A DNA stretch of 64,000 bases from Blastocladiella emersonii ATCC 22665 (taxonomy: Eukaryota; Fungi; Blastocladiomycota). The stretch covers positions 868,001 to 932,000 of the forward strand of contig JANHCV010000006.1 in the NCBI GenBank assembly GCA_025594325.1, read 5' to 3'. The notes under the pieces were generated by a model, which saw only the letters and a program-made list of their open reading frames with translations, was not told where the DNA came from and did no database searches. Shown here piece after piece: positions 33,110 through 45,370 of this stretch. How positions within the stretch are numbered: the stretch's first letter is position 1; every line of letters begins with the position of its first letter. The translations under genes were made by a program, and so were the position numbers.

Positions 33110-33561
33110 GGCAAGTATCGTGGTTCCCGCGGATAGGCAGGGCGTGATGCAGGGAGAGAGAGCGCCGTCAGGCCACGAGCTCTCGCGCTACTTGATCCTA
33201 GCGCGGAAGAACGATAGCGTGAGCTGTGACTCGAGGTGGCTAGGTGTAGCTCGTGAGACAAGGGAGCGGAGCCGGCCGAAATCTCGGCTCGCCTCGCGAC
33301 CAAGCAACTCGGGCGGCTTCTGCCTGGGCTTCTGCCCGGGTCCCGAAAATGATCCTCGTGTATTTTCCCGGTATCGCGACTATGCGAGTATTTCGGTAGC
33401 GGCACGTGAGGCGCGTTCCCACTGAACGACGCGTCGTGCCACACGCCTCGCCTCGGCAGATCCCTAACCCTGACCTTTTCGCAGCCCCCACAAATTCGCC
33501 TGCCGCGGGACCGAGCTGCTGCCTCTCCCCCCTTAGCTCGCTCTTGTTGCTACGGACTTCT

Positions 33562-34521
33562 ATGCACCTTGCTCGACCGCGCGCGGCAATTTTGCACTCC
33601 TGCCGCCGTCTGATCCGACTCTCGACCTCAACCACCATGAACGCCACCGCCAACGATCACCACGCCGTCGTCGATTCTCGACCCAACGGCAAGCTCCACC
33701 AGGCCAACGGCAAGGCCAAGCTCGCCGCCGCCGCCACCACCGCCGCCACGGCCGCCGAGGACCGCATCATGTGGACGCCGGCGCAGATCGTGTCGTACTA
33801 CGCGTCGTACGCGGCCAAGTACGACGAGGAGATCGACGCCAACCTGCAGGGGTACCCGGCGCCGTTCGTCGTCGGGTCGTGGATCGTCGAGTACCTGTGC
33901 AAGCAGCAGCGCGACTCGGGCGCGGCGGCGACGCTCCGCGTCCTCGATCTCGGGTGCGGCACCGGCCAGAGCAGCCGCATGTTCTTCCAGGCGATCCGCG
34001 ACGGCACGCTGCCGCTCGAGGTGCACGGTGTCGACGCGACGAGCCAGGTACACTCGCGTGAGTCGGGTCGTTGGCGCGCACAGTGCGAGGTGGCTGACAA
34101 CCGGCGCGTGTAGATGCTCGAGCGCGCGAGCGGTCTCCCGTTCACGGACCTGCAGTGCGCCAACGTCGAGGAGCGGCTGCCGTACGCGGACGCGACGTTC
34201 GACGCGGTCATCTCGATTGGCGTGTTCGACTTCATCACGCGGCCCGTCGACCTGCTGCGCCAGGTGCGCCGCATCACCAAGCGCGGCGACAGCCCCGCGG
34301 TCCTCGGCATCACGCTGCCCGAGCGCTCGCTGCGGGAAGGCGAGGAGCAGCAACAGGAGCTCAACGGGTGGACGCGCGGCGAGATGGAGACGATGCTGCG
34401 CGAGGCCGGGTGGTGGGTCGAGCGGCACGAGCGGCTTCTCGGTTACGAGGACTCGCAGACGGGCGAGGCCCAGTGGTATCGCGCGTACCTCCTCGTGCGC
34501 GCTGACGGCGGCGACGAGTGA
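33562..34521 (+). CDS. Class I SAM-dependent methyltransferase, METTL27-like
   Basis: YASYAAKYDEE...YPAP, VLDLGCGTG, GVDAT|SQML, LPYADATFDAVISIGVF; intron ~34048-34112; second in-frame ATG at 33637. Confidence 0.85.
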
Positions 34522-34813
34522 TGGGCAGCAGCCGGTAGGGCTGCGAGTTGACTTGGTTTTGTCTATCCCCTCTCTTTTGAAAATGTAAAAGATCTCTCTT
34601 GTTTGCTCGTCCGACTCTCCATCCTATGGCCTGGAGCGTCGCGAAATGCCGACGCGAGAACCCCGACGCGTGCTCACGTGCGGTTGACCTGCTCCATGTG
34701 AGTCGGTCGATCGCTCCTCGTCATCGTTGCGAGCCCGCTTCCTCTCGCCCACTCCACTACGCTGCCCTGGAACGGCGACAGCACGCCGCAAACCACCTGC
34801 AACGCATCGAACC

Positions 34814-37432
34814 ATGGCAACCAACCTCGACTCGATGATCGCGTCGGCGATCGCCGCGTGTCCGCACGTCCTGCAGGCGCGCGCCCCGTCGAGCGGCACC
34901 CAGATCTACAAGGACGAGTGCACCCAGTGCTTTGATGGCTGGGTACTACCGCCTCGCTGCCGATATGAGTGCGGCGACAGCAGAACTGACTCGTTGGCGC
35001 GCGTAGGACAAGGACGAGGGCGTCGACGTGTGCCTGACGTGCTTCAACTCGGGGTGCGGCGGCCGCCACTCGCTCGCGCACGCGTTCCAGGCCGGCCACG
35101 CGCTCGCCATCAACCTCCGCCGCACGCCCAAGCCGCGTCGCGTACGTTGTCCCGTCCGTACGGGTGGTGCGCGGTACAGGTCTCTGACACGCTCGAATCG
35201 TGCCCGTAGGAGGACGGCACCCCGCCGCCGCAGAAGATGACCAAGCTCGCGATCGCCGCCGAGTCGGACGCGGAAAAGTACGACGTGCACACCAAGGTCA
35301 AGTGCTTTGAGTGCAACATTGACGAGGTGCCCCTGACGGGCAACGTGCGTGTCTCCCAGTCACCCATCCCCGCGAAAGCCCGCTCACTCACCCCGAATCG
35401 CGCGTAGCTCGCCGAGATTGTCAACGCCGTGACCACGTCGTCGTCGGCGAGCCTGCAGAACGAGGTCAAGGCGTGGGAGCTCGAGATCGAGGCGTGCGAG
35501 CACACGGTGTGCCTCGAGCAGGCCGCGGCCAAGGCGCTCGACGCGTCGACGGCGCACTGCGGCCAGTGCGACCTGCGCGAGAACCTGTGGCTGTGCCTGA
35601 CGTGCGGCCACCTCGGGTGCGGGCGCCAGCAGTTTGGCGGGCTCCCGGGCAACGGGCACGCGCTCGTCCACGCGACCACCGAGCACGGCCACGCGGTCGC
35701 CGTCAAGCTCGGCACCATCACGCCCGAGGGCGGCGCCGACGTGTACTGCTACGCGTGCAACGAGGAGCGCACCGACCCGTACCTGGCCTCGCACATGGCG
35801 CACTTTGGCGTCAACATCGCCACGGTCACCAAGACCGAGAAGTCGCTCGTCGAGATGCAGATCGAGCAGAACCTCAAGTTCGAGTTCGAAATGACGTCGG
35901 CCGACGGCCAGCAGCTCGAGCCGATCGGCGGGCCCGGGCTCATCGGCCTGCGCAACCTCGGCAACAGCTGCTACCTCGCGTCGGTCATGCAGTGCCTGGT
36001 GCGCATCCCCGAGTTTGTCGCGCGGTACGACGAGGAGGCCGGCGGCCAGGCCCACGCCACGTCGTGCGAGAAGCCGCACGGCGAGTGCTGGGAGTGTCAG
36101 TGGATCAAGCTCGTGTCGGCGGTCCGCCGCGGCCGTCCCGCCATCGACGCCAAGGCCGTGGCCGAGGCGAACCCGGCGCCCGTGCTGCCGTCGATTGCCC
36201 CCTCGCAGTTCAAGCACCTGATCGGCCGCGGCCACAAGGAGTTCTCGGGCATGAAGCAGCAGGACGCGTCCGAGTTCCTCGTGCACGTGCTCAAGGCCGT
36301 GCACCAGAACGAGCACCGCACGGGCCGCGACCCGTCGCACGTCTTCAACTTCACGCAGACCCAGGTGCTCCGTTGTGGGTCCTGCAACGGCGTGCGCGTC
36401 GCCGACACGGACGCCAACGTGTGCAACCTCATGGTCCCCGATGCGGCGCTCAAGGCCGCGCTCGCGACCGCCAACGACGAGACCGTGCCGCCGACCACGG
36501 TCCAGGCCACTGAGTGCCTCGCGGGCGCCATGGGCGAGACCGTCGAGTTCCACTGCCCGCGGTGCGCCAAGCAGGTGACGGGCACCAAGACCACGGGGTT
36601 CAAGACGTTCCCCAAGTACCTCGCCCTCGTCGCGCAGCGCTTCACGTACGACAACTGGGTCCCGAAGAAGTCGAGCGTCCGCATCGCGTGGCCGCAGGGC
36701 GCCGCCGAGTCGCTCGCGCCCATGGACCTCGGGTTCCTCCGCGTCGCCATTGACCCGGCGACCACCGACGTGATCGAGGAGTCAGCGGCCGCTCCCGCTC
36801 CCGCGGCGGCGGCGGCCCCGCAGCCCGACAGCGAGGCGCTCCTGCAGCTCATCTCGTTCGGCGTGCCGCGCGGCAAGGCGCGCCGCGCGCTCCGCCTCAC
36901 GGGCGGGTACGACCTCGAGGCGGCGCTCAACTGGGCCATGGACCAACCCGAGGACGTGGACGAGGCCGAGGAGGACGCGATTGCCGGGCTGCCGCAGAAA
37001 AAGTCCCCGCCCGTCGACGAGGGCGCGGTCGCCATGCTCGCCGACATGGGGTTCACGCGGCCGCAGGCGGTCCGCGGGCTCCGCGAGACGGGCGGGTCGC
37101 TCGAGCGCGCCGTCGAGTGGCTGTTCTCGCACCCGGACGTGACGGGCGACGAGCCCGCGGGCGAGGCGGCGGGTGGTGCGAGTGATGCGCCGGCGGCGCC
37201 GGCGGGCGAGCGCAGCGACGTGGCGGCCGAGCACCCCAAGTACGTGCTCGACGCGTTCGTCAACCACAAGGGCCCCTCGATGCTGTGCGGGCACTACATC
37301 AACCACATCGCGCTGCCCGGCGGCAAGTGGGTCATGATGAACGACGACCGCGTCGTCGCGCAGCCGGCGCCCGTCCCGCTTCTCGAGGAGGCGTACGTGT
37401 ACGTGCTGCGTCGAGTTGATGACAGCGAGTAG
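34814..37432 (+). CDS. UBP14: Ubiquitin C-terminal hydrolase 14 / USP5 (isopeptidase T)
   Basis: IYKDECTQCFD, ZnF-UBP LWLCLTCGHLGCGRQQFGG, Cys box NLGNSCYLAS, QQDASEF, two UBA domains, His box CGHYINH. Confidence 0.96.
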
Positions 37433-37525
37433 GAGAGAGGTTTTGGATAGGGCGTGATGGGATGAATTGGAATGATATACAGCGTTGTATGAAGAACACG
37501 AGTACTGGTACAGATAACCTACACT

Positions 37526-38786
37526 CTACTGGCCGCCGCCGTTCCCCTCGAGCGCATCCCAGCACATCTCGTACGTGGCAAACGTGACAGCGTTGACGAA
37601 GAAGGCGCGCAGCAGCGTCGGCTGCATGCCGCGCACGAACACGCGCCACCCCTCGGCGCGCCACATGTCCCTCGACACGCCCGCGGCCTCGCGCGCCGCG
37701 CCCATCACGAGCCCTGTGCGATGCGAACCGACGGCGGGCTCCGACACCTGGATCCGGCTCTTGACGACGTCAAGCGGGTAGATGGACGCCCAGCTGAGCA
37801 CGCCCGCGGCGCCGCCCGCGAGGAACTGGGCCGCGCGGTCGCGCGTGGACTCTTCAGCCTGCGGGAGCACGCGGGCCAGGGGAGCAGCGAGGCCGCGCTT
37901 GACCGCCTCGTACCCGACGAAATAGACGGCGTACCCGGGCCCGTCGCGCGCGAGCGTCACGAGGCCGCCGCGGTAGAACCCGGCGAGGCCTGACGTGCGG
38001 GCGACGGTCGCGGCGACGGCGAACGACGAGTGTGCGGGGACGGTCCATGCGCGGCCGGTCGCGGGGCGCGTCGTGATGCGCCATGGCGCGGTGAGCGGGA
38101 CGCGCAGGGCCGAGGCGGGCGGGGTGGCGATGTTGGCGGTGCTGAATCCCGGCGGCGTAGTGGTGCCCGTGCCGCTGCGGATGATCTGCGCGCGGCACTT
38201 GATGAGCTCGGTCGGCGTGCTGATCAGGAAGCACGCGAAGCCCGCCGCGGTGCCGGCGAGGGCGATGTCGGTCAGCGAGCGTTCGCCGTTACGGCCGCCA
38301 CCACTGGAGGTGGTTTCAATTGTTGGTGGTGGTCCGCGGAGGTGCTGCAGCAGGGCGAGCGACTGCGAGTAGCTGACGAAGAGCATCGAGTTCATGGCGG
38401 CGACGGAGAGGACGGGCGACGCGATGCCGCGGAACAGGCTCGACACGCCCTCGCCGTGCACGAGCGACTTGACGAGGGTCCATGTCGACGGGCGCGTGGC
38501 GAGGGGGCCCGCGGACGTGGCGAGCTCGAGCTGGGGTACGCCGACGGCGGGCGCGGTTTGCAGGCGGACCTACGCGCGAGGGCTGTCAGCCACGGCCACG
38601 TCCAAGGCCGACACAGGACAAGCGTGCCTTGATGACATCGAGCGGGCTGCCGACAAGGACGCCGAGGCCGCCGCTGACGGCGCCGGCGATAAAGTCGTTG
38701 GTGCTCGAGGCTACGCGGCGGTCACATCACGCGGCCATCAGGCACTGAGTTTGTCGCCGTTCATCAGCTTGCATTTACTCACCCAT
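37526..38786 (-). CDS. Mitochondrial carrier (carnitine/basic amino acid carrier-like, SLC25A29/45 group)
   Basis: PLDVIK|VRLQ, PTELIKCRAQ and PLDVVKSRIQ signature repeats; 4-nt first exon ATGG; second intron is GC-AG. Confidence 0.9.
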
Positions 38787-39396
38787 GGCGGTGCACGGCT
38801 CTATATCAGATGTCGTATTAGTTGAAGAGGAGTCGTCGCTCACGGTGGTGATGACTGGACTGGTGGCGCGGAAGCGGGCGAGTGGCTGAGCCGGGCCCGA
38901 CCTCGCGGACCCCCAAACCCCGTGACCGTGACGCGTGAAAGGGCTGCACGCGTGTGTGGAGAGCGCTCGCAGTCCAAACGATCCGGGCATCACCCTGCCG
39001 CGGGCCGTGCATAATAAATTCGTGCAAGCTTTAAAGCGCTGTTCTGGTCAAGAAGAGGCGCAGGCGTCGGAAAGAGCCGGGTGGCTGGGAGGCGTGGGCG
39101 GGGCGGGGAGAGCCGGAAGGGCGCGACCGACGTCACGTCGAATTCACGGCTGCCGTCACCGGCCGGGCCACGCGACCCGCGCCCGAGGTGGTCGCGCCCA
39201 TCCTTCTTCGGCGGAGGCAAGCGTCCTGCGTCGGCTGGCTCTGGAATCTTGGTCGCTCGCTACGCCCACCCCGCCCGCCCGCCCTATAAAACGCGCCCGC
39301 TCCCCCGCCCCACCCCAATCCCGGCTCCCATTCCGCTCTCTCTCCCACGGATCTGCTACGCCACCGACTACCGCAACGACGACTATACACCCCACC

Positions 39397-40475
39397 ATGT
39401 CTGCTGCCGCCGCCAAGAAGCCCGCGGAGAAGAAGAAGACGCTGTCGACGCACCTCATTGGTATATAGCACGCGCGATCGCGCTGGCTCGCACGCACGCG
39501 TCGTGCAGTGCCCGTTGCGCCACAGCCGGCCGGTCGCTCACCTCACCGCGACGTGTAGCCGGCGGGTCCGCTGGGTTCATGGAGGCCATGGTGTGCCACC
39601 CGCTCGACACGATCAAGGTGCGGCTGCAGCTGCAGTCGGCGCGCGCCGCGGGCGAGAAGCGCGTCGGGTTCATTGGCACGGGCGTGCGGATCGCGCAGCG
39701 CGAGGGCTTCCTCGCCCTGTACAAGGGCCTGGGCGCCGTGGTCACGGGCATCGTGCCCAAGATGGCCATCCGCTTCTCGTCCTTCAACTTCTACAAGACG
39801 GCGCTCGCCGACAAGACCACGGGCGTCACGTCGACGGGCGGCACGTTCCTGGCCGGTCTCGGCGCGGGCATCACCGAGGCGGTCCTCGTCGTGACGCCCA
39901 TGGAGGTGGTCAAGATCCGGCTGCAGGCGCAGCGCCACTCGCTGTCGGACCCGCTCGACGTGCCCAAGTACCGCAACCCGGCGCACGCCGCCTACACGAT
40001 CGTCAAGGAGGAGGGCTTCTCGACGCTGTGGCGCGGCGTGTCGCTGACGGCGCTGCGCCAGGCTACCAACCAGGCCGCCAACTTCACGACTTACCAGGAG
40101 CTCAAGAAGCGCGTCGAGGCGCACCAGGGCACCGAGCTGCAGTCGTGGCAGCACCTGACGCTCGGCCTCATCTCGGGCGCCATGGGCCCGCTGTGCAACA
40201 ACCCGATCGACACGATCAAGACCCGCGTGCAGCGGTCGCCCACCAAGCCCGGCCAGACGGCCATGCAGCACATGCGCGAGGTGGTCGTCCACATGTGGGC
40301 CAAGGAGGGCGTGTCCGCCTTCTACAAGGGTCTCACCCCGCGGTTGCTGCGTGTCGCGCCGGGCAACGCCGTCACCTTCACCGTCTACGAGTTTGTCGCC
40401 AAGCGCCTCGACCTCATCTCCGTGTCGCTCAAGCAGACCGAGGAGCAGCTCAAGCAGAAGGACGCCGAGTACTAG
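39397..40475 (+). CDS. SFC1: Mitochondrial succinate-fumarate carrier
   Basis: HPLDTIKVRLQ, GIVPKMAIRF, IRLQAQRHSLSDPLDVPKYRN, LTALRQATNQAANFT, PIDTIKTRVQ. Confidence 0.93.
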
Positions 40476-40622
40476 GCTCCGCAGCAAACTCTACCATCAT
40501 TTTGACCCCACCCCGCCCTGCGGGCGCGCGACGCGCCCCTTCTCTCTCCTCCTTTTGCTCTACTCAAGACCCCCCACTCTGTTCATATAATAATGTATCT
40601 ACTTGTGCAGCACCGACCTAGC

Positions 40623-41503
40623 CTAGAACGCGACGCCGGCGGGGACCGAGTCGACAATCGACGCGCGCAGCTTGGGCGAGATGGGCTTCTCGTCGCGCAG
40701 GTACGCGGCGAACAGGGCGCGCGCGAGCCACTTGCTCTGCACGGTCCCGACCTCAACACCCTCGTGGTGCATCACCAGATCGCCGCCGCCCGCGCCTGTG
40801 CGCCGGAACAGGAACACCTGGCCCTTCTCGACGTTGGCCTTGGGGAACGCGGCCTTGAACGCGTTCACGTCGTCGAGCATCGCCGCGCGCACCGTCTCGT
40901 CCTGCTCGCGGTGCACCGCGTCCATGAGCGCACGCACAAACCCGTCGCGCAGGTGCGCCGCGCTCGTGTTGCGCGCCGGCGTCAGGTACAGGACGAGGTC
41001 CGACGCGGTCGCTGGGGAGGTCAGCAGCGACGCCGGGTCCTCGCGCGCCTCCGCGCCCGCGGAACGGCCCGCCGGCGTGTCCGGAACGTAGATCCCGACC
41101 GTGTACACGTTGATCGACAGGAACGTCACCTGGCGCGCGCCCAGGCCCACGAGGCGATATGATGCGCCCGAGGGGAGGGTCAGCTTGGTCGGTAGGCTCG
41201 CCGACGTCGACGGGTCGACTATGGGTGGGGGAGCGCGGGTCAGAGTTGCTGGGAAAGCCTTGTTCGACGGGCGTGTCCCGTACCCACGAACGGCGTGTCC
41301 ACCGCCGCCTCGGCCTCGGCCGTCGTCGACAAGAGAGTCATGGCGGTCCCAAACCCGGCGAAGGCGACCGCGGCAGCGCTCACGGCCATGCGGCGCGACC
41401 CGTTCAGTACGATGGGGCGGCGAGCGGCCGTCGCAACGTTCCGCGCGACGGGGCGGGCGGCGCGGGCCAGCGAGCGGTGTGCAGCAAGCGCTCTCGATAG
41501 CAT
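40623..41503 (-). CDS. AIM18: Chalcone-isomerase-fold mitochondrial protein (Aim18/Aim46-like)
   Basis: Arg-rich presequence, LVGLGARQVTFLSINVYTVGIY, PARNTSAAHLRDGFVR, YL....PISP; one intron. Confidence 0.85.
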
Positions 41504-41717
41504 GGCGTTCGTTCCGGTGCTTTGATTGCGGGCTCGAGAGAGACGAGCAACGACGCGACGAACAGGGCGCGTGGAGTCCGCTCACGGTGGCATCAGGTGA
41601 CGTCGCAGTCACAGATCAGCGAGCGGTTTCCGTCGCGCTGCCCGCTAGCCGACTGTCTTCGTCCCGCCCGCTCTCTCTCCCTCGCTCGCTCTCTTGCCGA
41701 CCGCCCCACCACCCACC

Positions 41718-43738
41718 ATGACGGACACGACCTTCAACCGCGAGGCGCTCGAGAACGTGCTGACGCGCCGCTTCTTTGTGGCCCCGTCGTTTGAGATCTA
41801 CGGCGGTACGGCCTTCACCCGCTCGCTCCCAACCTCGCTCCAACAACGCTAACGCTCCCCCAAACATCAGGCACCGCCGGTCTCTTCGACTTTGGCCCGC
41901 CGGGCACGGCGCTGCTGGCCAACTTCACGGAGGTGTGGCGCAAACACTTTGTGCTCGAGGAGGACATGCTGGAGATCGACAGCACGATCCTGACGCCGTT
42001 CGAGGTGCTCAAGACGTCGGGCCACGCCGACCGCTTCTGCGACTGGATGTGCAAGGACACGGTCACGGGCGACATTTTCCGCGCCGACCACCTCGTCGAG
42101 AACGTGCTGTCGGCGCGCGTCGAGGCCGACGCCCGCGCGCGCGGGGCCGCCGTCGCGGCCGCCGCCACCGAGGCGCCCAAGGCCCCCGCCAAGAAGACCA
42201 AGCAGAAGGTCGAGCTCGCCGCGACCAAGCTCGACGACGCGGTGCGCACCGAGTACGAGGAGACGCTGGCCAAGATCGACAACTACGGCGGCGCCGAGCT
42301 CGGCGAGCTGATCCGCACCCACGACATCCGCACCCCCGAGGGCAACGTGGTCACGGACCCCGTCGAGTTCAACCTCATGTTCGACACCAACGTCGGCCCG
42401 ACGGGCGACGTCAAGGGCTTCCTGCGCCCCGAGACGGCCCAGGGCCAGTTTGTCAACTTTGCCAAGCTGCTCGACTACAACAACAACCGCATGCCGTTCG
42501 CGTCCGCGTCCATCGGCAAGTCGTTCCGCAACGAGATCTCGCCCCGCAACGGCTTGCTGCGCGTCCGCGAGTTCCTCATGGCCGAGATCGAGCACTACGT
42601 CGACCCCGAGGACAAGTCGCACCCCGGCTACGAGGCGCACAAGGACGTGGTCCTCAACCTCCTCCCCGCCGCCACCCAGCTCTCGGGCTCCACCGCCATC
42701 ACCCAGATGCCCATGGGCGAGGCCGTCGAGAAGGGCATCATCGACAACCAGACGCTCGGCTACTTCCTGGCCCGCGTGCACCTGTTCCTGACCAAGATCG
42801 GCATCCGCCCCGAGCTGCTGCGGTTCCGCCAGCACATGGCCAACGAGATGGCCCACTACGCGTGCGACTGCTGGGACGCGGAGCTCAAGTCGTCGTACGG
42901 CTGGGTCGAGTGCGTCGGGTGCGCCGACCGGTCCGCCTACGACCTGACGCGCCACTCGGAGCGCACCGGCCGCAAGCTCTGCGTCCGCCAGGCGCTCCCC
43001 GAGCCCCGCGTCGTCGACAAGTGGACCGTCGTCGTCAACAAGAAGAAGTTCGGCCCCGCCTTCAAGAAGGCCGCCAAGGCCCTCGAGACCCAGATCGCCG
43101 CCCTCGCCGAGCCCGAGATCCTCGCCATCAAGGCCGGCCTCGAGTCCGCCGCCAAGGCCGCGCCCATCGTCAGCACCGACGACGGGAACACGTACTCGCT
43201 GACCGCCGACGTCATCACCGTTGAGCGCATCACCGTCAAGGAGCACGTGCGCGAGTACGTGCCCAACGTCATCGAGCCGTCGTTCGGCATCGGCCGCATC
43301 CTGCACTCGCTGCTCGAGCACGTCTTCTACACGCGGCCCGAGGACGCGGCGCGCGGTGTGCTCCGGTTCCCGCCCACCATGGCGCCCATCAAGTGCCTGC
43401 TCGTCCCGCTGTCCAACAACGCGGCGTTCGTCCCGCTCGTGACCGAGATCCGCAAGAAGCTGCGCCAGCGCGGCCTCGCGTCGCGCGTCGACGACTCGGC
43501 CTCGTCCATTGGCAAGCGGTACGCGCGCAACGACGAGCTCGGCACGCCCTTCGCCATCACGGTCGACTTCCAGTCGGTCGAGGACCGCACCGTCACGCTC
43601 CGCGAGCGCGACTCGACGGCCCAGATCCGCGCCCCGCTCAACACGGTCCTCGATATCGTGGCCTCGCTCGCCGAGGAGGCCGTCACCTGGGACGAGATCG
43701 CCGCCGAGTACCCCGCGGTCAAGGTCGCCGAGAACTAA
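41718..43738 (+). CDS. GRS1: Glycyl-tRNA synthetase (eukaryotic homodimeric type)
   Basis: RRFFVAPSFEIYG|G, FLRPETAQGQF, IGKSFRNEISPR, FRQHMANEMAHYA.DCWDAE, PNVIEPSFGIGRI, IGKRYARNDELG. Confidence 0.98.
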
Positions 43739-44256
43739 GAGAGAGCGATGTATGGGTTGTGAGGAGGGTATATACACTTTGCGTGTTGCTCATTTCAGGT
43801 TTGGCCGCCGAGCGCGCTGCGACAGGGATGCTGGCTGCGAGCGAGGAAAGGGAGGACCCGTCGTGCTGCGCCACGGCGTGATCGTGTCATACCGCTCGCC
43901 GCTGCTTCAGTGCTCCTTCGAGGGCACCTCAAACGTTTTCTCCTCTCACCGACGAAGTAGAAACATGGAAGCGGAACTGATCACTTGCTGCACCTTGTGA
44001 CGAGAGACCCTGCAAGTCGAACACGACCAAATGAGGGGCCGAGGTCGGAACCGCGACACTCGCGACTCGACTCGTGGCCACGCGGGGAGCACCCGACGGT
44101 CGGGATCACTATTTAGGATCTCTTCTTCCACGGGCTTGCCGAAACAAAGTTGATGTGTGCGTGCGTGCGTGCCCCGCCGTTGATACAAATGCGGGCGCCC
44201 CCGCCCCTACGGCGTGCTCTCCTCGCGACCCACATCTTGCGCCCAGTATCACCACC

Positions 44257-45187
44257 ATGACCAACGACACCGAATCTCGTCCGTCCGCCAACGACATCCA
44301 CAACCACCAGATCAGCGTGCTGTGGACCGAGGAGCGCAAGTGGGGCCACACGGTCCCCGTTGGCACGTTCGTTGACGCGGTCATCAACAGGGCCGAGAAC
44401 GCGTACGCTGCGTTTGCCGCCGACAAGGGCTTTGACGTCCACGACCACATGATGGACGGGTTCCGCGAGCACCTGCACGCGATCCTGGGCGACGGTGTCG
44501 TGACCGTCGACGCGGCCAACGAGGTCTTTGCGTTCGACTTCTCGCCCATCTCGTACGCGCTGCTCACGACCGTGCACCTGCGCGGGCTCGAGAACAAACT
44601 GTACGTGTCGACGTCCCACTTGGCCAGTGCGAGCACTGATTCGTCGCCCCTGTGCATGTAGTCTGAGTGAGATCGCCACGCTCTGCCGCGACACGAGCGC
44701 TCGCCTGGTGCGCAGCCTGTCGCATGATGTCGGGTTTGGCGCCGTGTCCGAGGCCCTTGCGCCCGAGTTCACCAAGCTCGCTCGCCTCTGCGAGCACGCG
44801 GCCACGGACAACCTCGACGGCGTCGCGGCCGAGGATTTCGCCAAGGCCGCCGAGTACACGCAGGTCGAGTGTCTCGACTGGATGCGCGATGAGGTGTACG
44901 GCAAGGACCTGCTCGATAGCTTCACGGCCTCGTACCGCCGGTTCGTGGTCATGCACGCGCGCGGGCCCCTCAAGTACTTTTCTTCGCCGTCGCTCAAGTC
45001 CGAGTTTGCCAAGCTCATCGAGGCGTTCGACGATCTGTCCGCCATGACGGCCGTCAACGCGGGCGGGTCGTGCACGGCGCCCTTCAGGCTGGCTGTGTTC
45101 GAGATCGCGGCCGCGTTCAAGCTCGCGTTCCCCGATGCGGTCGTGCGGCTTGACACGGTGCTCAAGATGAACACGCTCGCGTGTTAG
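44257..45187 (+). CDS. Hypothetical, probably all-helical protein (~290 aa)
   Basis: ACCACCATG start, GTACGT..TAG intron ~44602-44661, genome-typical codon usage; no family recognised. Confidence 0.7.
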
Positions 45188-45370
45188 ACCAGGGCCGGAA
45201 TGGCGGGAATACATAAATCCTCTCGCGCGTTGCTCATTTCGCTCGTCCGGTTCGTCGAAAGAGTCTCGCGCTGCGCCACATCGTGACCGACCGCGTCGCA
45301 TTCGCACCACGTCTCTCTCTGACCCAGTCTTCGCGCGCCCGCGAACGAACAATCAATCATATGCATTACA

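Noticed and set aside
41649-41717. Near-cognate (TTG) upstream start giving a mitochondrial GlyRS, as in yeast GRS1
   Set aside because: An in-frame TAG lies ~70 nt upstream, and the possible extension (LPTAPPPT) has no presequence character.
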